From Candidatus Thorarchaeota archaeon (GTDB lineage: Archaea; Asgardarchaeota; Thorarchaeia; Thorarchaeales; Thorarchaeaceae): a stretch of 62,358 nucleotides of DNA. Positions 47,820-57,596 of the stretch are shown here, one piece after another (the first letter of the stretch is position 1; each line of letters starts with the position of its first letter). A program made the position numbers and the translations under genes. The stretch is taken from assembly GCA_050124975.1 (NCBI GenBank), contig JASFEF010000003.1, positions 1-62,358 on the forward strand. The letters run 5' to 3'. The notes under the pieces are model-generated. The model saw nothing but the letters and a program-made list of their open reading frames with translations. It had not been told where the DNA came from and searched no databases.

Positions 47820-48539
47820 ACTAGACCTCTTCTTGGACATCTCGATACCTGACTTTCCAATCTTGAAAGCATGTTTCTTCAAGCTATGAGGTGTCTGTTT
47901 CATCTTCCAGACGAGAAGGTCTCTCTTTAGTGACCCATCCGCTTCTGAAAGGTTGAGTGTGATTAGTCCCTGAGTAACGAATTGCTCAACACCTGCACGA
48001 CTCTGAGAGTCGGGTTCTATTATCTCACTGATGAAAAGGGAAGTCACTTTGAGTTCTCGAAGTAACGCACTGATTCTGAAGAGCTCATTTCTTACTTCAG
48101 ATGGCTCACTGAATCTAATCCCGAGTCCTGAAATACAGTCAATGACGAGGCGCTTTGCTTTTGTTTCATCGATAGCTCTGTAAATCTCTTCTGCAAGAGT
48201 ACTCATGTCAAAACCCCGACGAAGGGCGTATTTCTCAGAAGTAGGCAAGCCGGCCTTACCCGAGGCAGCATCAATGATAGTTAATGCATTCTTTTCTTCC
48301 AAGTCACGTAGATTCCAACCAAACTGAGATGCTTCAGACCTGAGCTCATTTGGACGTGTTTCCAGGGTGACAAACACACCCGGTTCATCATACTTGGTGA
48401 TTCCATTGTATAGAAATTGAAGTCCGAAGACCGTCTTTCCAGACCCTGATTGTCCTGACAGCAGGACTGTGCTTCCCTCAATTATACCACCACCGATTAG
48501 CTTGTCGAGCCCGGTGATTCCAGTTTTCGCACGGGTCAT
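47799..48539 (-). CDS. KaiC-like RecA-superfamily ATPase (single domain)
   Basis: TGITGLDKLIGGGIIEGSTVLLSGQSGSGKTVFGLQF (Walker A) and Walker B LVIDCISGL. Basic C-terminal tail. Confidence 0.85.
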   Translation of the reverse strand: MTRAKTGITGLDKLIGGGIIEGSTVLLSGQSGSGKTVFGLQFLYNGITKYDEPGVFVTLETRPNELRSEASQFGWNLRDLEEKNALTIIDAASGKAGLPTSEKYALRRGFDMSTLAEEIYRAIDETKAKRLVIDCISGLGIRFSEPSEVRNELFRISALLRELKVTSLFISEIIEPDSQSRAGVEQFVTQGLITLNLSEADGSLKRDLLVWKMKQTPHSLKKHAFKIGKSGIEMSKKRSSSKKAKR

Positions 48540-48550
48540 AGAATTTCAAC

Positions 48551-49021
48551 TCACTTTGGACTACCGCTGATTTCCCAGCCCTTGACAACAGCACTTACTG
48601 GAGTCATAATCACATTCACAACATCTGGGGATTTTCGAAGGGTTTCTGCGCGTTTTTTAAGGTCTTCTTCATCCACACCCATAGTGAGTGCGTGGACGAC
48701 CATCGGTTCTTCATCCACAGCTACCCAAAGGAATTGTTCATTCTCTGCAAGCTCTTCTGCAAAACTATGGGTTCTGTCCTTGCTGATCTCGGGGAGGATA
48801 TGGCCGCCTATCTCAATTCTAAAGATGGCAGAAGTATTGTATCCAAAGGCTTCAGGACGAACCAATGCACAATAACGTGTAACCGTATTATTTTCCTTCA
48901 GTCTCTTCGCTCTGAAGTGAATGGTGGTGTCTGGTTGTTTGAGGTCCTTTGCAATCTTAGTGAAGGGTGTCTTTGCATCCTTCTGCAGTATACGAATAAG
49001 GTCTCTATCTAGTTGGTCCAT
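48551..49021 (-). CDS. Lrp/AsnC-family transcriptional regulator
   Basis: LDRDLIRILQKDAKTPFTKIAKDLKQPDTTIHFRAKRLKENN HTH, followed by a RAM-like domain. Confidence 0.9.
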   Translation of the reverse strand: MDQLDRDLIRILQKDAKTPFTKIAKDLKQPDTTIHFRAKRLKENNTVTRYCALVRPEAFGYNTSAIFRIEIGGHILPEISKDRTHSFAEELAENEQFLWVAVDEEPMVVHALTMGVDEEDLKKRAETLRKSPDVVNVIMTPVSAVVKGWEISGSPK

Positions 49022-49204
49022 TGTCTAGATACCACCATGCCCATCAGGAAGGGTTCTTGCGCGGTCAGTAATTCCACTGAGAGCGCTATTAAGGGTTTTT
49101 TGTACTATTCGCAATTATTGAGAGTCTTATTGAGAATGATACTAGAAATGATATCAGAGATGCCGATGGAAGTATGAAATTCTTGTGATTCTCACAACCA
49201 AGAA

Positions 49205-49561
49205 TCAGAGTGTTGCTAGAATCTCAGGGGAGATTGTGAAGGCATACATCAATGTCCATAGCACTACCCATAGCATCAGATATGAGGGTAGTGAGTTTGT
49301 GATCATCTTCTGTGTACCACCCAAATCCTCTAAGGAAATCTCCAGTAGATACCGAATGACATAGAGAGACAGCACATAGACGAGGAATCCGAATATCACT
49401 CCACGAGTTCCTGCGAAAACTGGACCTGCAATACCACAGACCAAAGCGCTGATAATAGCGAAGAAGATTTTCACATAGTACTGTTGGTCATTTGGAGAAT
49501 CATCCCATCGTCCAAACATACGTTTGAAGATGTTCTGTAACGGATCGAGATTCATCGTCAA
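49205..49561 (-). CDS. Small glycine-rich two/three-helix membrane protein (possible EMC6/Rab5ip-like family)
   Basis: The 118-aa segments ISALVCGIAGPVFAGTRGVIFGFLVYVL and SYLMLWVVLWTLMYAF parallel, as I recall it, the human EMC6 segments [24 protein letters not shown] and TYVLFWTFLYGMV. Confidence 0.45.
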   Translation of the reverse strand: MTMNLDPLQNIFKRMFGRWDDSPNDQQYYVKIFFAIISALVCGIAGPVFAGTRGVIFGFLVYVLSLYVIRYLLEISLEDLGGTQKMITNSLPSYLMLWVVLWTLMYAFTISPEILATL

Positions 49562-49634
49562 TCACAGCCTGATTGAGGGCTGGTTCAATCGACGAGGTTA
49601 TAATCATGTCGGTCTGATTGCGTAGTGAGATAAT

Positions 49635-51650
49635 ATGAAGGACTCAATGAGTAACGTTGACATTAGGCTCATTTTACCAGAGCTACGTGAGTCCGCAGAA
49701 GGTGCCTTCATCAAGAATGTGTATCAGTATGGTGACATCTTTGTACTCAAGCTCTATCAGCCAGGGGGTGGCACGTCACAGCTCCTCATCCACCCGGGTC
49801 ACCGTATTCACCTCACTGAGTTCGCACGGAAAGCCTCTCGGACTCCTCCGAAGTTCTGTACAGTGTTGAGGAAATATCTCAGAGATAAACGGATCAGTTC
49901 TGTGAAACAGCACGAGTTGGACAGAATTGTCGTGTTTGAGGTTGGGGATGAGGAGAATTCATACAAACTTGTTGCTGAGCTGTTTGGAAACGGAAACCTG
50001 CTTCTTCTAGACCCAAAGGATACCATCTTTGTGGCCATGAGGTACAGGAGAATGCGAGACCGGGATATCATCCCAAAAGCAACCTATGAGTTCCCGCCTC
50101 CTCGGGGAGCCGATGTACTGACTCTAGAATCAGACTCACTTCAAGATATTATTGCAGATTCAAATGCCAATATAGTTCGGACATTGGCAAGTCGACTTAA
50201 TCTTGACTCATTGAGTTGTGAGGAGATTTGTGCTCTATCTAAGGTTTCTCCGAAAGTAATGAGTTCAGAGATTGATGGCCAGACTCTGTCAGACCTCCAA
50301 ACAGGTTTGGCGGTATTTGTTGAGAGATTGAAGGCAGGAGTTAAGGAGCCTAACATAGTTCTTGATGATGAACCAGTTGAAGATGATGAGCCTGAGTTTA
50401 TTGCTTTCTTGCCATTTCGGTTTGAGCTCTATCAGGAGTTACCAATAGAAACATTCGATACATTCAGTCAAGCCATTGACGAGTTCTCAGGAGTGTCTGA
50501 GAGCGAGTTGGAGGATGAGCAAGAGCAAGATGTTCTGTCTAGAGAACAGAAACGATTGCAGAGGATTATCGACAAACAGAACGAGAGCATAGAAAAATTG
50601 GTGACAAAAGCCAAAGTTCTCAGAGCCAATGGAGAGCTGATTTACTCACATTTCACCATCATCAAAGAAGTGTTGGAAACTGTCACAAAGGCTAGATCAG
50701 GAGGAACACAGTGGGAGGAGATCATCACCAAGATTGAGCAGGGCAGGGAACAGGGAATCCCATCTGCACAGTTGATTCAGAGAATCATTCCATCCCAAGG
50801 CCAAATCATAGTGAAACTGAATGACACGGACATAACCTTGGACATTCGACTCTCCGCTCAGGATAATGCCTCCCTTGCATATGATCAGGCAAAGAAAGCA
50901 GAATCAAAGATGGAAGGCGCCAAGAAACAGATTGTGAAAACAAAGGAAAAACTGGAAAAAGTGGAAGTGAAAGTTGCAGAACCTGATGTCAAGAGAGTCC
51001 CTGTGAAGACCAGGAAGAAACGGTGGTATGAGAAGTTTCGTTGGTTCATCTCGTCTGAGGGTTATTTAGTATTGGGAGGTCGTGATGCAAAGAGCAACGA
51101 GAACCTCGCGAAACGTCAAATGGGAGCCAATGATGTCTTCCTGCATGCAGCTCTCCACGGAGCGCCATATACAGTAGTCAAAGTGCCAGATGAACCACCT
51201 GGACAGACAACTTTGGAAGAAGCGGCACAATTTGCAGTCACGTTTTCTAGAGCTTGGCAGGATGGTTTGTCTAGTGGTGACGCATACTGGGTAAACCCCG
51301 AACAGGTGAGCTTCAGTCCACCCTCAGGAGAATATCTGCCCACAGGTGCTGTGATGCTGTATGGCTCGAAGAACTATATTCGTAGAATGTCTGTTGAGCT
51401 AGCTGTGGGAGTTATCCTTGAGGACGAGTACGCTATTCCAATTTCTGGTCCACCTTCAGCAGTAACAGCTCAAACAGAGTTCTATGTACGAGTGATGCCA
51501 GGTGATATGAAAAAAGGACAGCTTGTCAAAGAGGTGCTCAATCAACTCAAAGGCCTAGTGCCTGATGAGAGTGCAGATTTGGTCAGTCAAATTCCTCAGG
51601 AAGATATGATGCGGGTGTTGCCCACTGGAGGAGGAAAAATCGCACGCTAA
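49635..51650 (+). CDS. NFACT-family protein (Rqc2/NEMF/RqcH homolog)
   Basis: NFACT-N N-terminus, a central coiled coil and an NFACT-R region (RWFISSEGYLVLGGRDAKSNE...DVFLHAALHGAPYTVVK). Confidence 0.9.
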   Translation: MKDSMSNVDIRLILPELRESAEGAFIKNVYQYGDIFVLKLYQPGGGTSQLLIHPGHRIHLTEFARKASRTPPKFCTVLRKYLRDKRISSVKQHELDRIVVFEVGDEENSYKLVAELFGNGNLLLLDPKDTIFVAMRYRRMRDRDIIPKATYEFPPPRGADVLTLESDSLQDIIADSNANIVRTLASRLNLDSLSCEEICALSKVSPKVMSSEIDGQTLSDLQTGLAVFVERLKAGVKEPNIVLDDEPVEDDEPEFIAFLPFRFELYQELPIETFDTFSQAIDEFSGVSESELEDEQEQDVLSREQKRLQRIIDKQNESIEKLVTKAKVLRANGELIYSHFTIIKEVLETVTKARSGGTQWEEIITKIEQGREQGIPSAQLIQRIIPSQGQIIVKLNDTDITLDIRLSAQDNASLAYDQAKKAESKMEGAKKQIVKTKEKLEKVEVKVAEPDVKRVPVKTRKKRWYEKFRWFISSEGYLVLGGRDAKSNENLAKRQMGANDVFLHAALHGAPYTVVKVPDEPPGQTTLEEAAQFAVTFSRAWQDGLSSGDAYWVNPEQVSFSPPSGEYLPTGAVMLYGSKNYIRRMSVELAVGVILEDEYAIPISGPPSAVTAQTEFYVRVMPGDMKKGQLVKEVLNQLKGLVPDESADLVSQIPQEDMMRVLPTGGGKIAR

Positions 51651-51775
51651 GAGTTTGACGTACAAAAGCACAGACACATTTAAAATCAGACGAGTGGCAG
51701 TCCAGCTCGAGAAGACACTCTACCAGTTGGTGGTTGAGCGTCTGACCAACTTCTGAAAGAATTGAGGTAAAGCAA

Positions 51776-52333
51776 ATGTCTGAGCCCTCTCATTCAATGT
51801 TTGTGAGAGACATCATGTCTGTCAATGTAGTGACGATGCCTCCTGATGCAACAATCTTCGAAGTTGCTTCTTCGATGAATAAGATGGACATAGGTTCCAT
51901 TATCATTGCGGATCAAGACCGTCCTCTTGGAATCATAACTGAAGCCGATATTGTAAGACGTGTCATAGCGGATGAGAAGGATGCAAAGACCACAGCAGCC
52001 AGAGATATCATGTCATCACCTATAATTCATGTAGAGCCTGGAACTGCACTAACTGAAGCCATGCGAGTGATGGCAAGAAGCAACATTCGCCGTGTAGCAG
52101 TTTTGAGGAATGACTCCTTGGCTGGAATCATCACTTCAAGGGATCTACTTCGGTGGTCTCCAGAGCTCATCGACATTCTTGTAGAGTCATTACGTCTCAG
52201 AAATGAGGGTGCCAAATACGAAGAGGATGCTGAAGATATCGCCTATGGAGGCGAATGTGATAGCTGTGGAGAGTACTCAACTGAATTGATTGAGGAAGAT
52301 GGCGATTATCTATGCGAAAATTGTCGCAGTTAG
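51776..52333 (+). CDS. CBS-domain pair protein with a C-terminal zinc ribbon
   Basis: Two CBS repeats (VRDIMS...GIITEADIV and ARDIMSSP...GIITSRDLL) plus CDSCG...CENC. Confidence 0.85.
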   Translation: MSEPSHSMFVRDIMSVNVVTMPPDATIFEVASSMNKMDIGSIIIADQDRPLGIITEADIVRRVIADEKDAKTTAARDIMSSPIIHVEPGTALTEAMRVMARSNIRRVAVLRNDSLAGIITSRDLLRWSPELIDILVESLRLRNEGAKYEEDAEDIAYGGECDSCGEYSTELIEEDGDYLCENCRS

Positions 52334-52397
52334 TTGGTCACACACTCAGTAACCAGCCTGTATTGTGTATATACAGCTGTGATAGGAGACTATTATC

Positions 52398-53216
52398 ATG
52401 AAAGTGAGCCAGATTATGGTCGAGCCAGTCACTATTGATAAGGACCAGAGATTGTCCTATGCGCTCGAGCTACTAGAGAAGAAGGGTGTTGAAAGGCTAG
52501 TTGTAGTGGAAAATGGGAATGTCAAAGGAATCCTCACATATGCGGACATAGCTGATAGGTTGGGTGTAAGCAAGGTAGTAGCCCTTTCAATAAAGAGGCT
52601 CCATGTATCCAGTGCAATGACTGATACTGTCATTACAGTAGGTCCTGATGAGGAAGTGACGGATGTTGCTCAACTCATGGTTGAACGTGGGATGAGCGGA
52701 TGTCCAGTGGTGGATAACGAAGGTACACTTGTCGGTGTGATCACAAAGGTGCAGATTTCCCAATTGGTCCAGAAGTTCAAGAAAGTAAAAGTTGAGGAGC
52801 TTATGACCACAGAGGACATTCTTCAGGTCAATCCTGTGTCACGCCTAGTGAAAGCCAGAGGGGATATGCTTGCCGCAGGGTACTCTGGATTGCCTGTCAC
52901 TGATGGTGGTCGTGTACTAGGGCTAATCACAGAACGCATGGTCGCTGAAGCCATGGCTCGGTTCACTGTGGAAGTACCAGACAAACACCGTGCAAATCAG
53001 GTGAGACAGATTCGTGTGGTAGATGCTATGCTCCAACAACCACCCCTTGTGACTGCAGACGAGTCGATTGCAGACGCCTCAGTAAAGATGTTAGACGCAA
53101 AGCTGAATACCTTGCCTGTTGTAGGTAAGGGCAACAGGCTAATTGGGATGATTAGCGCAACAGATTTCACACGATTTGTTGCAAACAAGTTTAAGGTCCC
53201 CGATGCATCTGAGTAA
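52398..53216 (+). CDS. Protein with four CBS domains
   Basis: Four repeats of the h-x-x-h-M/V...G-h-h-T motif pattern across 272 aa. Confidence 0.85.
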   Translation: MKVSQIMVEPVTIDKDQRLSYALELLEKKGVERLVVVENGNVKGILTYADIADRLGVSKVVALSIKRLHVSSAMTDTVITVGPDEEVTDVAQLMVERGMSGCPVVDNEGTLVGVITKVQISQLVQKFKKVKVEELMTTEDILQVNPVSRLVKARGDMLAAGYSGLPVTDGGRVLGLITERMVAEAMARFTVEVPDKHRANQVRQIRVVDAMLQQPPLVTADESIADASVKMLDAKLNTLPVVGKGNRLIGMISATDFTRFVANKFKVPDASE

Positions 53217-53266
53217 TGGTTAGTTCAGCGTCAATCTAGCGCTGGCGACCCCGGCGTTGATATCAC

Positions 53267-54580
53267 ATGGCTGTTGATATGGTCCTCAAGGATGGTATTT
53301 TCATAGAGAATGGTAGAGAGACCGTACGCTCTGTGGCGATTGAAGGGGGCAAGATTGAGGGAATCTATGAACATGGGGATGAGCCTCAATATCGACACTC
53401 GATAGATTGTAGAGGGTTCTACATTCTTCCAGGTATGATAGACATTCATGTTCATCTTCGTGATCTTAGGCGAGCTGACAAGGAGGACTACGAAACAGGC
53501 ACGATGGCTGCCGCTGCAGGTGGAGTGACTACAGTCGTTGATATGCCAAACTCGGACCCTCCGGTTCTTGACAAGAGAACACTTGATGAGAAGATCGCTC
53601 GAGCTCAAGAGTCGAGTTATGTGAATGTTGGGTTTTATGCGGGAATCCCCAATAACATTGAGGACTTCGATGTCCAGATGCTTCGGGATATTCTAGGGTT
53701 GAAGGTCTATCCGCATTTACCCCTAGATAAGGATGTAGAATACACGAAAGACAGAATTAGGGAGTGTACAAGACTAGCAGTCGCAAGTGAAATCCCCCTT
53801 CTTTTTCATCCTGACTTACCTGCTCGGGAAAAAGTACCAAAGAACATGGAGGAGTTCTTCCTTGCACACAGCTGTGAGGATGAAGTGAAGTCAGTCCAAT
53901 CGTTCATAGATGCCAAAATCGAGTATGAGGCAAGACTACACGTATGTCATGTCAGCTGCGCAGCAACTGCTAGACTGATCTACGAGAATCGTGCAGAAGA
54001 CACACTAACAGCTGAAGTCAGTCCTCATCATTTGTTCTTGTCAGGGGGAGATTATGCCCATGACGATGGTCTGGCAAAGATGCTTCCGCCATTAAGGTCA
54101 CCCTACGACAACAAGATGTTAATGGAAGCCCTGTGTAAGACATTAGCAATCGATTGTGTTGCTTCTGATCACGCACCACATAAGAAATGGGAGAAAACAG
54201 CACCATTTCTCAAGGCGTTACCCGGGATGCCCGGTCTCGAGACCACACTGCCACTGATGTTGACTGAGGTGTTTGAAAAACGAATGGCGTGGATAGACTA
54301 TCTGAGGGCTTGTTCCTCTGCGCCTGCAAGAATTCTTGGACTCGAAACTAAGGGTATTCTCACAAAGGGTTATGATGCAGACATTGTGCTGGTGCGGATA
54401 CAGGAGAGCAGAATCACAGGGGAGAACTTCTTCTCTAAAGCGAAGATAACTCCATTTGAAGGAAGAAGGGTTCTGGCCAGGGTTGTGACAACCATCGTGG
54501 GAGGAGAGGTTGTGTTTGATAATGGCGAGTTTGTAACAGGACCAGGTATTGCGGGAAGAGTTCCAGTCCAGAAATCTTGA
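53267..54580 (+). CDS. pyrC: Dihydroorotase (cyclic amidohydrolase superfamily)
   Basis: Metal-binding DIHVHLRD, GGVTTVVDMPN and the later SDHAPH motif. Confidence 0.85.
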   Translation: MAVDMVLKDGIFIENGRETVRSVAIEGGKIEGIYEHGDEPQYRHSIDCRGFYILPGMIDIHVHLRDLRRADKEDYETGTMAAAAGGVTTVVDMPNSDPPVLDKRTLDEKIARAQESSYVNVGFYAGIPNNIEDFDVQMLRDILGLKVYPHLPLDKDVEYTKDRIRECTRLAVASEIPLLFHPDLPAREKVPKNMEEFFLAHSCEDEVKSVQSFIDAKIEYEARLHVCHVSCAATARLIYENRAEDTLTAEVSPHHLFLSGGDYAHDDGLAKMLPPLRSPYDNKMLMEALCKTLAIDCVASDHAPHKKWEKTAPFLKALPGMPGLETTLPLMLTEVFEKRMAWIDYLRACSSAPARILGLETKGILTKGYDADIVLVRIQESRITGENFFSKAKITPFEGRRVLARVVTTIVGGEVVFDNGEFVTGPGIAGRVPVQKS

Positions 54581-54633
54581 AGTGTCAAGATAAATAACAA
54601 TGATAATGCACATGTAGATGGAGTTGAAGTCTA

Positions 54634-55266
54634 GTGTCTCACTCATATTCTGACGATGATGGAGTCTTTCTCGTCAATTTGGCCAGAAGAACAGTTGACG
54701 AGATTGTTAAGACTGAACAAAAGACAAAACCGCCAGAAGATACACCAGAGCATCTGCGCGCAAAATCAGGGGTTTTTGTCACACTGAATTCAATTCTTGA
54801 TGGTCGAGTCAATCTGAGGGGCTGCATCGGTCGCCCATATCCTTCTCAGCCTCTTGTCGAGGCTACTATTGATTCTGCAGTGGACTCCGCAATCAATGAT
54901 CCACGCTTTTCAGCTGTTACACCAAAGGAACTAGACTCGATTTTGGTAGACCTAAGTGTCCTAACTCCTCCAAAGAAGATCGAGTACTCAAACCCAGAGG
55001 AGTTACTGGACTTGGTAAAAGTTGGGCGGGATGGATTGATTGCCATCAGAGGAATGTTCCGCGGTCTTCTCCTCCCTCAGGTACCAGTGGACTGGAAATG
55101 GGACACAAAACAATTCCTAGAGCACACCTGCAACAAGGCAGGTCTACCAGCTGACGTTTGGAGGGACCCTGAGACTGAATTTATGTCGTTTCAGGCGGAA
55201 ATCTTTGGTGAGGAGAAACCAAAAGGCAAGATTGTGAGAAACCCAAAACATCCAAGGTGTGATTGA
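54634..55266 (+). CDS. AMMECR1-domain protein
   Basis: GVFVTL...LRGCIG motif and the following conserved region. GTG start. Confidence 0.9.
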   Translation: MSHSYSDDDGVFLVNLARRTVDEIVKTEQKTKPPEDTPEHLRAKSGVFVTLNSILDGRVNLRGCIGRPYPSQPLVEATIDSAVDSAINDPRFSAVTPKELDSILVDLSVLTPPKKIEYSNPEELLDLVKVGRDGLIAIRGMFRGLLLPQVPVDWKWDTKQFLEHTCNKAGLPADVWRDPETEFMSFQAEIFGEEKPKGKIVRNPKHPRCD

Positions 55267-56130
55267 ATGAAATTCGGAAACCTCCCTCCTGAAGTACTAG
55301 AAGCACTGAAGAGATTCTTGGATGAGGATATTAGGTCTGGAGACCTCACAACTCAGTTGACTATCCCAGAGGACACTGATGCATTAGCCACCATCTATGC
55401 GAAGGAAAAATCTGTACTTGCAGGGATTGAGGAAGTCGCAGCAATCGCAGAATTTTCCGGTCTTACCTATGAGGTTCTCGCCTTCGAGGGGAACTGGGTA
55501 GACCCACAACAGCCGGTGATGCGTCTAAAGGGATCTGCCTGGACCTTGTTGACCATAGAACGAGTATGTCTGAATATGGTACAGAGAATGAGTGGGATTG
55601 CTACTAAGGTCTACAACTTGGTCAGTGCTGCAAGAGAAGTGAATCCGAAGGTGAAGATCGCAGCCACGCGGAAGACTACTCCAGGTTTCAGGTTCTTTGA
55701 GAAACGCGCTGTGATGGTTGGTGGCGGTGACCCACACCGTTATGCACTTGATGATATGGTTTTGATAAAGAACAACCATATCACGGCTGCCGGCGGGGTT
55801 CGCGAAGCTGTGACCGCAGCCAGAGAGAAAGTGTCATTCAGTAAGAAAGTATCATGTGAGGCCCGTACTCTTCAGGAAGTCCAAGAGGCTATTGGGGCTG
55901 GAGCGGACATTATTCTGCTAGATAACTTCAAGCCAAAGGATATTGGAGGGCTCATTGAAGTTCTCAAGAAGGAGGGCACACGTGATAAGGTGATACTAGA
56001 GGTTTCTGGAGGGGTCAATGAAGATAATGTCAGGGAATTCGCAAAGACAGAAGTAGATGTGCTATCGTCTGGAGCGTTGACTCACTCATACACGTCCGCG
56101 GATTTCAACATGCTCTTGTCTATGAATTGA
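55267..56130 (+). CDS. nadC: Nicotinate-nucleotide pyrophosphorylase (carboxylating)
   Basis: LDEDIRSGDLTT N-terminal motif, TRKTTPGFR, and the IILLDNF ... EVSGG TIM-barrel motifs. Confidence 0.9.
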   Translation: MKFGNLPPEVLEALKRFLDEDIRSGDLTTQLTIPEDTDALATIYAKEKSVLAGIEEVAAIAEFSGLTYEVLAFEGNWVDPQQPVMRLKGSAWTLLTIERVCLNMVQRMSGIATKVYNLVSAAREVNPKVKIAATRKTTPGFRFFEKRAVMVGGGDPHRYALDDMVLIKNNHITAAGGVREAVTAAREKVSFSKKVSCEARTLQEVQEAIGAGADIILLDNFKPKDIGGLIEVLKKEGTRDKVILEVSGGVNEDNVREFAKTEVDVLSSGALTHSYTSADFNMLLSMN

Positions 56131-56132
56131 CA

Positions 56133-56582
56133 TCATCCAAATGATTGATTGTTGTAGTCGCCATGAAACTCGGTAGGAATCTCACGCAACAGTGTCACTA
56201 GTCTATCTGTGGCTTTTGCAGTCTTTAGTAGCCTTGGCATATTTCCCTTGATGCTAAGCTTTCGTGTGATGAATGCCCGATTTGCACCTATCTTGCCAAG
56301 AAGTATATCTACCCAAACCCTATACGGGGCACTAAGGATGAAAGAAGTTTCTTTCTCCCCGGACCAAATGTCAGTCATCTTGCCAGATTTTATCTCAAAG
56401 CCAACAATCATGGTGTCTTGAACTCCTTTATCAGGCTCAGCCTGTAAGACGAGCGTGTAAGAGTCCTCTACCCCACTAGCTAGTTCAGCATATTCTACAT
56501 CGCTGTTGATTCTCTCCTTGAATTCATTCTTGTATTCGTCAGACCCAAGCTCTAATCTCTTGCTCATTTTGTATTCCTCCAA
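56133..56582 (-). CDS. SCP2 (sterol carrier protein 2)-like domain protein
   Basis: The C-terminal pattern GANRAFITRKLSIKGNMPRLLK is typical of SCP2 domains. It abuts the upstream ADH gene with no gap. Confidence 0.65.
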   Translation of the reverse strand: MEEYKMSKRLELGSDEYKNEFKERINSDVEYAELASGVEDSYTLVLQAEPDKGVQDTMIVGFEIKSGKMTDIWSGEKETSFILSAPYRVWVDILLGKIGANRAFITRKLSIKGNMPRLLKTAKATDRLVTLLREIPTEFHGDYNNQSFG

Positions 56583-57596
56583 CTATATCTTAACCAGCAC
56601 TTTCACATCTTGATTATCTGGACGGGCCAGTGCCTCAAACCCATCAGTGACTACACTACTCAGCGGTATTATTCTAGTTATCATTGGCGTGGGATTGATA
56701 GTACCTTCTGCGAGAAGCCTAATTGCCTCAGGAAACTCTGCATAGCCAAGGTAACTGAACTGAAGACTTAGTTCATTTAACACGCCTCGCATGAAATCAA
56801 CTTCAACTGGTTCCTCGCTAATCCCAAGAACCAAGATAGTTCCACCTCTCTTCACAAGCTGGAAAGACTCAGCACTGGGGCCAGGTGCACCTGTGCATTC
56901 TACAACCACATCGACCCCCACACCTTGAGTCAGACTCTCAATCCTGAGTGGTAATGGCTCCTTTGATGGATTGATAATCTCATCAGCACCTGCTTCTCTA
57001 GCCATCTCAAGGCGAGTGCTCTGTATTTCAGATGCATATACCACTGAAGCGCCTCGTAATTTTGCCATATGTATACTCAAGATTCCAATTGGTCCAGTGC
57101 CTAGGACAAGTACACTGTCACCAGGTTTGAAGTCAATCAAGTTAAACCCACGAACAGCAATTGATAACGGCTCAACAAAAGCACCTGTCTTGTAGTCAAC
57201 TGTATCGGGCAATTGATGAAGCATGGTCTGTGGTACTGCAACGCGCTCAGCCAGCCCACCATCCATTGAGATGCCAATCATCTGCATGTCATCGCAGACT
57301 GAATACTTCTCAGCCTGACAGAAGGCGCATTTGCCACAGGGAAGGAGAGAGTTAGGCACAACTCTGTCACCCTTCTTCCACTTTGTGACTTCTTTACCGA
57401 CTTCAACAACCTCACCAGAAAACTCGTGTCCCAGTATCAACCCAGCTTCATACATCCCGTACTCCCATGCGCTGAGGTCTGACCCACAAATACCAACGAA
57501 CTTCGGTTCGACAAGAACATCTGTAGGACCAAGATTCGGCTCTGGAACATCCCTCACCTGTATCTCGAGAATGCCCTCAAATACAGCAGCTTTCAT
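56583..57596 (-). CDS. Zinc-dependent medium-chain alcohol/polyol dehydrogenase
   Basis: GICGSDL, GHEFSGEVVEVG, structural-zinc Cys cluster CGKCAFCQ...C and Rossmann motif VLGTGPIG. Confidence 0.9.
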   Translation of the reverse strand: MKAAVFEGILEIQVRDVPEPNLGPTDVLVEPKFVGICGSDLSAWEYGMYEAGLILGHEFSGEVVEVGKEVTKWKKGDRVVPNSLLPCGKCAFCQAEKYSVCDDMQMIGISMDGGLAERVAVPQTMLHQLPDTVDYKTGAFVEPLSIAVRGFNLIDFKPGDSVLVLGTGPIGILSIHMAKLRGASVVYASEIQSTRLEMAREAGADEIINPSKEPLPLRIESLTQGVGVDVVVECTGAPGPSAESFQLVKRGGTILVLGISEEPVEVDFMRGVLNELSLQFSYLGYAEFPEAIRLLAEGTINPTPMITRIIPLSSVVTDGFEALARPDNQDVKVLVKI

